From NCBI GenBank assembly GCA_965219095.1, contig CBDCMT010000001.1, positions 1,600,001 to 1,664,000 on the forward strand: a DNA stretch of 64,000 nucleotides, written 5' to 3'. The notes beneath the pieces are model-generated. The model made no database searches, was not told where the DNA came from, and saw nothing but the letters and a program-made list of their open reading frames with translations. A program made the position numbers and the translations under genes. Positions 42,994-52,903 of this stretch are shown one piece after another. Within the stretch, counting starts at the first letter, position 1; every line of letters begins with the position of its first letter. The stretch comes from Bdellovibrionales bacterium (GTDB lineage Bacteria; Bdellovibrionota; Bdellovibrionia; Bdellovibrionales; UBA1609).

Positions 42994-44746
42994 AATCATT
43001 ATTTTATTTACCTTCATATTGCCTTTAAAAAGCTACAGTACTCCTCTTACTGAAGCAAACTATAAATCTAATCTTTCATCAGAAGCTGTCTCTTATGATC
43101 CAACATCATCGCAGGATCAGAAAAGAATCGAAATTCCTGAAATCAGAAATCTCCCTAAAGGAGTCAAAGAGGCTATTGAAAAAATCTTTAATGAAAAAAG
43201 ACCACAATACATTGTTAATCTTGAACAAAAAATTAAAAGTGATACAAACTACTACGAATCACTAAGCACTAAAAAGGCCCAAATGCCCTGCGGAACTTCA
43301 AAAGGTTATATTTTAAACAATAGCTTTGAATTGATTGAAGGTTTTTACAGTATTCTCGCCAATGAATTTTCATTAAAGGGAGGTGCCGAAAAATATCATG
43401 AAATGATAAGGCCCGTTGTTGACAGTAAAGTAGAAAACACAAAAGCCTCTCAAGCTCTTACAAAGCTCTTAGAAGTCATTTGGTCTGGAAAGCTCATTAA
43501 GAAAACAAACAATCCCTGTAAAAATTATCTTATTAATAATCTTTTTACCAGTACAAACGGAAAGAAAGCTTTTGAAGCTGAAGTCTATCATTTAGACTCA
43601 GCAACTATTAATATCGATTATTCCATAAGCTCCTACCAAATCATCCGCAACATAAGAGACGAAATAAGACAAGTCAGCGATACACTTTATTTAGGAAAAG
43701 CTTTCTACAAAGGAACTCACTCTGAAAAAGAAAGCCTCTTTCTTTATTTTGCTTTAGACTTTAGTCAATCCCCTAGTTGTGAAAAAACAACAGAGGCTAT
43801 TAAAACAGATCAAGTTGAATTGAGTGTAAATTACAAAAACTTAAAATCTTGTGAAAAAATGAACCTTCTTTGGGATGATTATATCATGTCTTCAAAGTAT
43901 AAAATTCTTCCCAAACTGGATGATGCCGATGCTTTTGGCCTTTTTTCTTTAACTCTCACTAATCAAATGAAAGACAAAATGGATTACACTTCTGATGTTG
44001 TTCCAAAAGGCTGGGTTAAACCTATTCACTCTAGAGGATCTATGGCAAAGATTCGTTTTAAAAGTAGCAAGGAACACCCTTTCACAGGACTCTATAACCA
44101 ATCATCTTGTGCTCTCATAAGACTTTCTTTAACGAACAATCCACACCAAAAACATATTTTAAAACCTGGGCAAAAAAGAGGTGTTGCTCCAGGAATAGCC
44201 CTAAAGTTTTTTGTGGATGAAAAGCCTTCTCAGGACCTTTCTCTTCTTACTACTTTAGAGGGACAGGGTAACAATCATAACTTCTTTTTAGAAACATTCT
44301 TCTCCAGTATCATTCCCATAGGCTCAGGTTTTGACATGAAAGTTGTTCACACACTCTTTGAAACAGTCTCAAAGTATCCTGAAAGACTTTCTGTTTCAGG
44401 AATGAGTGAATGGACCCTCCATGGAGAGAATGTATCTAAACCTGTTTCTCCCACGCAACTTTTCTTCGTACCTGCCTATCAGGCCTCTGAAAAAGAAGAA
44501 GATATTCGTGAAAAGTTTCACCGCATTCCAAGAGGAACCACACTCTTTCATGTTTATGGCTATGTTTCCAAATCTCCGAAAGAAGATTATAAAAATTATT
44601 CCAAACAACAAGGTTTTAAGTTTTTAGATAAATCTTTTCATATAGGAGAAATTATTACAGAATCAGAATTTATTTCTTCTGCTTTTGGCGATCATGATAT
44701 TTTCTTTAAACATAAAATGTTTGAGAGCGATTATCAAAAAAAGTAA
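42980..44746 (+). CDS. Secreted two-domain protein: beta-barrel-like domain plus catalase-fold domain
   Basis: N-part W.GK...IDYS...IRDEIRQV...LYLGKA...YFAL; C-part KPIHSRG..AK, LIRLS, PGIALKF. Confidence 0.7.
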   Translation: MKNFKIIILFTFILPLKSYSTPLTEANYKSNLSSEAVSYDPTSSQDQKRIEIPEIRNLPKGVKEAIEKIFNEKRPQYIVNLEQKIKSDTNYYESLSTKKAQMPCGTSKGYILNNSFELIEGFYSILANEFSLKGGAEKYHEMIRPVVDSKVENTKASQALTKLLEVIWSGKLIKKTNNPCKNYLINNLFTSTNGKKAFEAEVYHLDSATINIDYSISSYQIIRNIRDEIRQVSDTLYLGKAFYKGTHSEKESLFLYFALDFSQSPSCEKTTEAIKTDQVELSVNYKNLKSCEKMNLLWDDYIMSSKYKILPKLDDADAFGLFSLTLTNQMKDKMDYTSDVVPKGWVKPIHSRGSMAKIRFKSSKEHPFTGLYNQSSCALIRLSLTNNPHQKHILKPGQKRGVAPGIALKFFVDEKPSQDLSLLTTLEGQGNNHNFFLETFFSSIIPIGSGFDMKVVHTLFETVSKYPERLSVSGMSEWTLHGENVSKPVSPTQLFFVPAYQASEKEEDIREKFHRIPRGTTLFHVYGYVSKSPKEDYKNYSKQQGFKFLDKSFHIGEIITESEFISSAFGDHDIFFKHKMFESDYQKK

Positions 44747-44866
44747 AAATTCTCTTTCTTTTTGACTTAAGATAGAATGCTTCTTAATCGCTCCTTTAAA
44801 AAACTAAAGAAAATGACCATTCTTGTCAAGCTTTCTTTTATCTTATAGAAACGTTAATATATCAAC

Positions 44867-45850
44867 ATGTATACAAAAGATCCAGGCTTACAGAATTTCC
44901 ACTTAAAAACATTCGATCTAGAAACATTTACCATTTACAGTAAAAAACTTCTTAAGAATCCTCTCTCCGATTCCCCTTTAAGACACAACCTCGTTCTTAT
45001 TCCCAAAAAAAGAAAAAATAATTTACCTCTTGTTCTTTATCTGAGTGGTTTTGGAGGAGAGGCTTCCAGCAACTTAAATTCCCATTGGCCATCTCTTAAC
45101 AAAGCACAAACAATTGACCTTGCCTTAGCTCAAAAAAAAGCCCCCAAAGCCATCTATGTTTTTGTAGATGCTATGACCTCTTTAGGAGGCTCTCAATTTA
45201 TTAATAGTAAAGGAACTGGAAATTATGCAGACTACATCACCGAAGAACTCCTGCCTTCATTAAAAAAAGAGTACAAAACTTCCAATAAAACCTGCCTTTT
45301 GGGTGTTTCCAGTGGAGCTTATGGAGCTTTATTTTTAGCTTCTCATTACCCTAAGCTTTTCTCCTATGTGGGAGCTTTAGGGCCTGATTCTTTTTTTGAA
45401 TACAGCCTTTTAACAGAAATCTATGCCGCCATTCCTTACTTTTCAAAATACAAAAGTCTATCCCAGTTAAAAGAACAACTCAAGTTTAAAAGCTATCAAG
45501 ATCCATGGCCTGTATTTAATGCCATAGCCATGGGACTATGCTATTGTCCTAATAAAAAAGGCTTTCTAGGAGTGGATTGGCCTGTTGATTTAAACACAGG
45601 ACAAATAAAGCCTGTTCTTTGGAAAAAGTGGAAAGCTTATGATCCCATAGAGTTTTTAAAAAAACAGTCCTTAAAGGCAAAAACATATTTAGAAGTAGGA
45701 GTTAATGATCAGTTTTTTCTTCTCTACGGAGCAAGACAGATAAAATCACTCATTAAAAACTGCACTTATAATGAATATGAAGGAGATCATTTTAGTCTTT
45801 CTAAAAGAATCCCTTATTTCCTGAAGTGGTTAAAAAAAGTTTGGAAGTAA
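44867..45850 (+). CDS. Alpha/beta-hydrolase (putative esterase, Fes-like)
   Basis: GGSQFINS...G.Y..YI..EL, G.SSG.YGA nucleophile elbow, C-terminal GDH. Confidence 0.85.
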   Translation: MYTKDPGLQNFHLKTFDLETFTIYSKKLLKNPLSDSPLRHNLVLIPKKRKNNLPLVLYLSGFGGEASSNLNSHWPSLNKAQTIDLALAQKKAPKAIYVFVDAMTSLGGSQFINSKGTGNYADYITEELLPSLKKEYKTSNKTCLLGVSSGAYGALFLASHYPKLFSYVGALGPDSFFEYSLLTEIYAAIPYFSKYKSLSQLKEQLKFKSYQDPWPVFNAIAMGLCYCPNKKGFLGVDWPVDLNTGQIKPVLWKKWKAYDPIEFLKKQSLKAKTYLEVGVNDQFFLLYGARQIKSLIKNCTYNEYEGDHFSLSKRIPYFLKWLKKVWK

Positions 45851-45894
45851 CCTTAAGCTTTTCTTAGACCTCCCTAGAAGCCTTTAAAAATAAA

Positions 45895-48531
45895 TCACAT
45901 TTTTTTTAGTTTTGTTTGTATCTGTGCTTTTGCTAAAGCTAATTTAGCAATGGGTATACGATAAGGAGAACAACTCACATAGTTTAAACCGATACGATGA
46001 AAAAAAGAAATGCTCTGAGGGTCTCCCCCATGCTCTCCACAAACTCCTATTTTTATAGATGGGTTGATCTTTCTTGCTTTCTTAATACCTATAGACATCA
46101 ATTCTCCAACTCCTTTTATGTCAAGAGATACAAAAGGATCTTCGCTAAAAAAGCCCTTCATCACATAAGTGGGTAAGAATTTTCCACAATCATCTCTAGA
46201 TAAACCTAAGCATGTTTGAGTGAGATCATTAGTTCCAAAACTAAAAAACTCTGCCTCTTTTGCTAACTCATCAGCCACAAAACAAGCTCTCGGAAGTTCT
46301 ATCATAGTTCCTATTTGATAAGAAATCGTGACTTGATATTTCTTTTCTACACCTTTAAAGGTTTCTTTTACAAGTTGTTTTAACTCTTGAAGCTCTTCTT
46401 TTAACATCACAAGAGGTAACATAATCTCTAAGTTCACCTTTTGATTTTCTTTGATAAGTTCTGCACAAGATTCTGCCATAGCTAAAGCCTGCATTTCGTA
46501 AACAGAAGGAAACGTCAAGCCTAAACGACAACCTCTGTGACCTAACATAGGATTAAACTCATGAAGGTTTTTAATTTGTGATCTAAGCCTTTCTGTCTTC
46601 CAAGACAATTGTTCTGCTAAAACTTCGATTTCTTCTTTTTTTTGTGGCAAAAACTCATGCAAAGGAGGATCAAGAAGTCTTACATTTACAGACCTCCCCT
46701 CTAAAGCTAAAAAAATCTCTTTAAAATCTTTCTTCTGCATAGAAAAAAGATTCTTTAAGGCTTCCTGTCGTGTCTTTTCATCTTGTGCTAAAATCATTTT
46801 CCTTACTAGCAAAATCTTATCTTTAGAAAAAAACATATGTTCTGTACGGCAAAGTCCCACACCTTTTGCACCAAATCCTAAAGCCCTCTCTACGTCTTTT
46901 TTTGTATCAGCATTCACTCTGACCTCAATTTGAGAGTATTTTTCACTAAGCTTCATAATTCTTTGAAAGTCTTCATCTAAACAAGGTTCAATAGTGGGAA
47001 GCTCTCCTACAAAAACTTCACCCGTACTTCCATCCAAAGTAATCACATCGCCTTCTTTTAAAACCCTATCTCTACTCAAAAGTTCTTTTGTAGAAAAAAC
47101 TAACTCCAAATCGTGACAGCCTACAACACAACACTTTCCCATACCTCGTGCAACAACAGCTGCATGAGAAGTCATACCTCCTCTGATGGTTAAGACCCCT
47201 TTAGACTGAATCATACCCTCTATATCTTCAGGCGATGTTTCTTTACGAACTAAAATCACATTTTCACCCTTTTTCGCCTCTTCTACAGCTTTACTGCTGT
47301 CAAAAATGATCTTTCCTGTAACACCACCAGGACTTGCGGGCAGACCTTTAGAAAAAAGATCCTTTTGAGAATGGGGATCTAAAAGAGGGTGAAGAAGTTG
47401 ATTTAAACTTAAAGGATCGATCCTCATAAGAGCTTCTCTTTCAGAAATTTTCTTTTCATCTAATAAATCACAGGCTATTTTTACACTAGCTTTTGCTGCT
47501 CTTTTAGCCGACCTTGTTTGCAAAAGCCAAAAACGTCCCTTTTCTACTGTAAACTCTATATCCTGCATATCTTTGTAATGATTTTCTAAAAGATCACATG
47601 TCTTTAAAAGTTCACTATAAGAATCGAAAAATAGTTTTTTGAAAGTGTTTTTTTCTGTTTGAGAAGTGATAGGAAAAGGTGTTCTGATTCCTGCCACTAC
47701 ATCCTCTCCTTGAGCTTTAGGTAAAAATTCTCCAAAAATTTCTTTCTTTCCTGTAGAAGGATTTCTTGTAAAACACACTCCTGTTGCTGATTGAGAACCT
47801 AAGTTGCCAAAAACCATAGCTTGGACATTAACGGCTGTTCCCCAGTTTTCATCAATATTATAAAGTTTTCTATATGTTACAGCACGAGGTGTGTACCAAC
47901 TCCGAAATACTGCAGAAATTGCCTCCCATAATTGCTCTTCAGGATGAGTAGGAAAGGTTTTTTGAGTGTGATGAAAAATTCTTTTTTTGAATTTTTCAAC
48001 AATTAACTTCAAGTCATCTACGTTCAAATCAGTGTCCTCTTTGCATCCTTTTTCTTCTTTAACATCCTCTAAAATCACTTCCAGAAAAGAAAAGTTCATA
48101 CCCATAACAACATTGGAGTACATTTGTAAAAAACGTCTATAAGAATCCCAAGCAAACCTAGGATCCTCTGACTGACAAGCTAACCCCTGAACCGTTTCAT
48201 CATTAAGCCCTAAGTTTAAAATAGTATCCATCATCCCCGGCATGCTGACACAAGCCCCTGAACGCACACTCACTAAAAGAGGATTGTCTTTATCTCCAAA
48301 AACTTTTTTCACTTTCTTTTCTACTTTATTTAAATTTTCTAAAATCTCTTTCTTAAAAGAACTAGTGAGTTTTTCATTGTTTTTATAAAAACAATGAAAC
48401 CCCTTCACGGAAATGGTAAACCCAGGAGGAACAGGTAAACCTAAAGATGACATTTCTGCTAAATTAGCACCTTTGCCTCCTAAAAGCTCTTTAGAAAAAT
48501 CTCTAGATGACAAAGAAAACAAATGAACCAA
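45895..48531 (-). CDS. ppdK: Pyruvate, phosphate dikinase
   Basis: LGGKGANLAEM, SMPGMMDT, GGMTSHAAVVARG, GLCRTEHMF, FSFGTNDLTQ, CGEHGG. Confidence 0.98.
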   Translation of the reverse strand: MVHLFSLSSRDFSKELLGGKGANLAEMSSLGLPVPPGFTISVKGFHCFYKNNEKLTSSFKKEILENLNKVEKKVKKVFGDKDNPLLVSVRSGACVSMPGMMDTILNLGLNDETVQGLACQSEDPRFAWDSYRRFLQMYSNVVMGMNFSFLEVILEDVKEEKGCKEDTDLNVDDLKLIVEKFKKRIFHHTQKTFPTHPEEQLWEAISAVFRSWYTPRAVTYRKLYNIDENWGTAVNVQAMVFGNLGSQSATGVCFTRNPSTGKKEIFGEFLPKAQGEDVVAGIRTPFPITSQTEKNTFKKLFFDSYSELLKTCDLLENHYKDMQDIEFTVEKGRFWLLQTRSAKRAAKASVKIACDLLDEKKISEREALMRIDPLSLNQLLHPLLDPHSQKDLFSKGLPASPGGVTGKIIFDSSKAVEEAKKGENVILVRKETSPEDIEGMIQSKGVLTIRGGMTSHAAVVARGMGKCCVVGCHDLELVFSTKELLSRDRVLKEGDVITLDGSTGEVFVGELPTIEPCLDEDFQRIMKLSEKYSQIEVRVNADTKKDVERALGFGAKGVGLCRTEHMFFSKDKILLVRKMILAQDEKTRQEALKNLFSMQKKDFKEIFLALEGRSVNVRLLDPPLHEFLPQKKEEIEVLAEQLSWKTERLRSQIKNLHEFNPMLGHRGCRLGLTFPSVYEMQALAMAESCAELIKENQKVNLEIMLPLVMLKEELQELKQLVKETFKGVEKKYQVTISYQIGTMIELPRACFVADELAKEAEFFSFGTNDLTQTCLGLSRDDCGKFLPTYVMKGFFSEDPFVSLDIKGVGELMSIGIKKARKINPSIKIGVCGEHGGDPQSISFFHRIGLNYVSCSPYRIPIAKLALAKAQIQTKLKKM

Positions 48532-48800
48532 TGGTATAAAACCTCCTTTTACGATTCAAAGACTTCTTTAGGTGATTTTAGAAAGAAGATAGTCCGCATC
48601 CTTTCATTTCATCCTACACCATTGGTCCCTCAAACCTCAACATTTACTTACAAAGAAAGAGCCTTTTAGACATCATTCTGTATTCAAATCGAACCAGAGC
48701 CAAGTTATCCCCTGTATGAACTTCTTTCCTAATTGCAAGAAAGACTTAGATGACGCATAAAACTTAGATGACGCATAAAACAAGTTGTATTCATGCATAA

Positions 48801-49013
48801 TACCATTTCCAAAAATTAATTCGACATTTTTTTAACGCACAGCCTTCTGGTTTTTTAATCAAATGTAAGTCGGTTATCTGACCGCCCTTGACTCCTACGA
48901 GGGGGATATTTCTTAGCTTTTAAAGGAGAAGTTTTTATTGATCTTGTTGTAAAACAAGCCTGTAAAACATTTCCCAAGACCTTCCCTGTTACAAAAATGT
49001 AGAGAAGTTCTTC
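48801..49013 (+). mobile_element. IS630 left-end fragment (48801-48864) followed by a truncated IS66-type MITE (48865-~49013)
   Basis: Matches 8163 and 25872-26020 respectively. Confidence 0.85.
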
Positions 49014-49015
49014 TA

Positions 49016-49886
49016 GGGCATGTCCTCATTTGCCAAGACCTTTTTCAAGACCTTAGGCGTGTTGAATATTTATAAAGATTGTAAAAAGCTCATAACAAAG
49101 GGAGGTATTATGTTAAGAAAAGTTTTAACAGATTCTATGTGGAAGGATCTGGAAGCTATTATAAGAGAGAAAGGCTGTTATCATTCAGCAAACAATAGAA
49201 ATGTTATGGAAGCAATTTTATGGAAATTACGTACAGGCAGTCCGTGGCGTGATATTCCTGAACAGTTCTGTCCTTGGAAGAGAGCATATAATCGCTTTAA
49301 TAGGTGGGTACAAAAAGGGTTATGGAATGATTTTTTTTTACTTTACAAGAAGAAGTTGATACAGAGTGGGTGTCCATCGACGGAAGTTACGTATCGGTTC
49401 ATCAGCATGCTAGTGGAGCTCGGCGTGGAGAAAGTCGTGCTGTGGGAAAATCTAGAGGTGGATCCACAACAAAAATACACATGGCCTCCGATGCGCATGG
49501 AAATCCACTCTGTTTTAAAATCACTGGGGGTGAAGTACACGACAGTCAAGTTGCAGGTGATTTAATTGATGAGTTTCGTAGTGAGTATTTGATTGCTGAC
49601 AAGGCCTATGACTCGGATGAGATACGAGATAAGGCTCGTAGTAAGAAGATAAAGCCTGTGATACCGAGACGAAAAAATAGCAAAAAGAAAAATAAAGATT
49701 TTGATCGTCATATCTATAAATCTCGACATCAGATAGAAAACCTTTTTGCTCGTCTTAAGCATTTTAGAGGTATTGCCACTCGATTTGAAAAGCTTGCTAG
49801 AAATTTCAAAGCTATGCTATCTATAGCATGTATGTTTATTTGGCTTAAACTTCAAAGTAAAGGTCCAGTCAAATGAGGACACGCCC
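49016..49886 (+). mobile_element. IS5-family (IS427 group) element; orfA 49110-49565 and orfB 49370-49876 in the -1 frame
   Basis: TIRs GGGCATGTCCTCATTTG / CAAATGAGGACACGCCC with TA flanks. LRTGSPWRDIP, SIDGSYV..HQHA.G, ADKAYDS, IENLFARLK.FR..ATRFEK. Confidence 0.95.
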
Positions 49887-50716
49887 TAATATCTTTGTGT
49901 TTTTTACTTAGCCTCTTAAACTCTGCTTCATAACGTGCTTTCTCCTCCCCATAAGAACTGATAGCTTTATCTAAGCCTTCTAGAACAAATATATCTCTTC
50001 CGCCCGTTTTAATTGAGTCTGCTTCTTAGCATCAAGGTGGGAAGCTCGAAACAGAGCTGATCTTTGGTTTTTAACACGAACTCCTCTTTTAACCACATCT
50101 TCATACCCACTGACAATCTTACGAAGGTAAATGAATTCATCACCTGAGTGAAAAACTGGTTTCAAAAGGCCAGAGCGTAACAATAAAACAAGTTTTTCAG
50201 CATCAATTTTATCAGTTTTAGCCCCTTCACTTAAAAGTTTGTTCCGAAGAGGATCACAGACTATGAACTCATCAACACTATCCTTTAATTCTGAATACAA
50301 CCACTATCGAAGTTGTAGTCTCTTCGATAGTCAATATCTTCTTACCTTTCAGAGTTTTTAAATAGGCACGAAGATTCCCAAGATCTGAAATCGTGTCCAT
50401 AGTCTTAATATCTTTTGATTTGCCTGTCATCCTTGAAATGGCCATGTTACTTTGTGCCCAATCTACGGCTATATAGTGATCATACATTTTATTTTCCTCC
50501 TTTGTTGGTTTGTTTATAAATAAAGTCTTGAAATCCTATTTTACATCTTTTTTTTGCTTTTCCCTTTGAGGCCTTAAAAACCAGGCCAGCTAAAGGGTTT
50601 AGAATTTGTCTCGAAAAGCTCACCTCCTTCTGCAAGTACTTTAGGGTCACTATCATGGCTTAAACCAGTGACCTGTCTTTTTGATTTACCGTCGAAATTA
50701 ATTTTTGTAATTGGTA
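49887..50716 (-). mobile_element. Second copy of the IS630-end + IS110 5' unit
   Basis: Reverse complement of 25815-26826, lacking the 259-bp MITE; same frameshift. Confidence 0.9.
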
Positions 50717-50917
50717 TTACTTTGATATTTTTCACCTTTTTCCTTATCAAGAGGGGCTCAATTCTTACTTGCCTTAACTCATTTCAGTAAATGATACCTC
50801 AAAGTCCTACTATTTCGATTCACACCATGGAAGTAAGGGGAGTTCAGGTCAGGTTACACATCTCAATATAGGGGAGTTGAATTATTTAAATATATAAAAT
50901 TATTAAGCAAATATATA

Positions 50918-50946
50918 TTGCGATATTCTAAAAAATATCGTAAAAT
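50918..50946 (+). promoter_or_regulatory. Sigma70-like promoter with an operator palindrome in the spacer; probable leaderless transcript
   Basis: TTGCGA-17bp-TAAAAT, 6 nt before the ATG. CGATATT-ctaaaa-AATATCG at 50921-50940. No Shine-Dalgarno. Confidence 0.7.
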
Positions 50947-50952
50947 AAAACT

Positions 50953-51483
50953 ATGGTAGAAAAGCTTACAAAGTTAGATATGATGAAAGCTCTTAGGCGT
51001 TTTGACGAGCACTTGACTCAAGGCGTAGAACTTCTTGTGGGAGGAGGAGCTGCCATGGTGTGCGTCTACGACTTTCCTCTGCATACAACTGACATTGATG
51101 TAGTTTTAAAAAACACAAGCATCGATAAAATCCAGCCCATCGTTCATCAGGTAGCTCAAGAGTTAGGTTTAACAGAAGATTGGCTTAACACCTGGTACAG
51201 TTCTTTTACCTACACCTTACCTGAAGATTTTTACAAACGTATTCGACCTTTTTTTAATGGAAATTATCTTCTGGCCCATGCCTTAGGGCCAGAAGATCTT
51301 CTAGTTTTAAAATGTTGTGCTCATCGCATAAAAGATCTAGGTCATGCTCGCTTTCTAATAAGAAAAAACGCAGACTACCGGTTTGTTATGAATCATTTAG
51401 AAAAACTCTTAGAAAAAAACATTCTGCTTGATGAAAAACCCTTAGAATTTTTAGAAAATGTTTTAGAAAAGGAAAGCCTATGA
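50953..51483 (+). CDS. Nucleotidyltransferase-fold protein (DUF6036/AbiEii-like)
   Basis: LLVGGGAAM...T.DID motif, WLN, EDLLVLK..A.R.KD.. Confidence 0.85.
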   Translation: MVEKLTKLDMMKALRRFDEHLTQGVELLVGGGAAMVCVYDFPLHTTDIDVVLKNTSIDKIQPIVHQVAQELGLTEDWLNTWYSSFTYTLPEDFYKRIRPFFNGNYLLAHALGPEDLLVLKCCAHRIKDLGHARFLIRKNADYRFVMNHLEKLLEKNILLDEKPLEFLENVLEKESL

Positions 51484-52163
51484 AAGGACTCATTTCTATA
51501 CCTACTCATAAGAAGTTAGCTTCTGTTTATTATAAATTGCAATTGGCGAGAGTACAGACCGAAAAAAACATAACTCTTTACAGCCAGTGGGTGCGTCTTG
51601 ATGCACGTTTAGGAGAGATTTTAATCGCTTATATTGCAAAGTATTGGAAAGCACATCATCCTATTTTACTCAATAAATGTATCAAAACGCAAATTTGGCC
51701 GTCTGTTTTTGGAGTTTTATTAGAGCAGACGAAACTTTATTTCTCTACAAATAAAACAAATGATGACCTTCTTCTTTTTAAGTCTTGGTCTGAATGTGTT
51801 ATGTGTGGTATAGAACCTGCATCACAAGAACTTTTCTTTTTTGATGCTTACTCTATAGGCAGTTCTTTGTTTTATCAAGAGGCCTCTCATTTTACAAAAA
51901 TTTATCGTAAATGGGGTTATTTGGGAAAGGATCTGATGCTGAATAAAACAATTAGCACAGGAAAAACACTTATGTCTTCCCAACAAAGAAAAACCATCTT
52001 AGAGGGATTAATTCAGAAAAGAAAAGCTATCACTGTTAATGACTATTTATCAGAGCTTAATTTCCAAGTGCATCGCAAACAAGCCCAAATGGACTTGAAA
52101 GAGCATAAAAAGCTAAAACCTAAAGGGCATACAAGAAATAGAATCTATTTTGTAGTCAAATAA
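51480..52163 (+). CDS. Hypothetical protein with a C-terminal winged-HTH-like region
   Basis: ATGA overlap with the NTase gene; C-terminal ITVNDY......RKQAQMDLK....L...G.TRNRIY. Confidence 0.75.
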   Translation: MKGLISIPTHKKLASVYYKLQLARVQTEKNITLYSQWVRLDARLGEILIAYIAKYWKAHHPILLNKCIKTQIWPSVFGVLLEQTKLYFSTNKTNDDLLLFKSWSECVMCGIEPASQELFFFDAYSIGSSLFYQEASHFTKIYRKWGYLGKDLMLNKTISTGKTLMSSQQRKTILEGLIQKRKAITVNDYLSELNFQVHRKQAQMDLKEHKKLKPKGHTRNRIYFVVK

Positions 52164-52262
52164 GACTCTCACAACTTATAACAATTACGAAAATTAATTC
52201 GATATTTTTTATTGCCAAATCATTGAAACTTTGAAGAGTACTGTTAACTATGAAGATTTTAT

Positions 52263-52636
52263 GTAACTGCTTACCTACATTGTTCAGTTATCCCTAACTT
52301 TAGACCTGTTTTAAGATAAAAGTCTTGCTCTTACAGATTTTCTTTTAAATACTTTTTTCAAATGACAATAAATAAGACCTCCATCAGAAATGAGATTGAA
52401 AATATAAGAAGTGACTTTGATAAGTTTACAAAGAAAGGTTCTGTGCCTACTGAGATTTCTGTGATTGTTGAATCTCTCTTTAAGGTTGTGAACATTCTGA
52501 TTGTTGTGTTTTTAGAAAAACAAGTTCGAAAAAATTCCAGCAACAGCGGTCTTCCTCCTTCGCAAGATTTTAGTCGTCAAGGGAATCGTAATAAGAAAGC
52601 TAGTGGGAGTCAGAAAAAGGGCTCTAGACTTGATAA
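52263..52636 (+). mobile_element. IS66 5' fragment
   Basis: GTAACTGCTTACCTAC end plus the MTINKTSIRNE ORF; cut by IS630. Confidence 0.9.
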
Positions 52637-52903
52637 TACCATTTCCAAAAATTAATTCGACATTCTTTTAACGCATTGCATCCTGGCTTTCTGATAAAAC
52701 TCTGTTAAATTTTTAGAGTCATGTCGAAAAAAGATTTAGTTACACAGATTCAAGGGTATGATTTTCTGGCTACTTACAAAGTGGAAAGAAGTGCCAACAT
52801 CAAGATAAAACTCCAAGCTTTGCAGCATATGCAAGACGGAAAATCGATTCAAGAAACAGCAGGTATAGTTTTCTATCATCATCACAGTATCAAATCCTGG
52901 TTA
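52637..52903 (+). mobile_element. IS630 5' fragment (outer copy; its 3' end is at 54313-54439)
   Basis: Left TIR plus ORF MSKKDLVTQIQ...KSWL. Confidence 0.88.

Noticed and set aside
48744..48781. 18-bp tandem duplication ACTTAGATGACGCATAAA x2
   Set aside because: Only two copies, no spacer, next to an IS end; most likely a slippage duplication.
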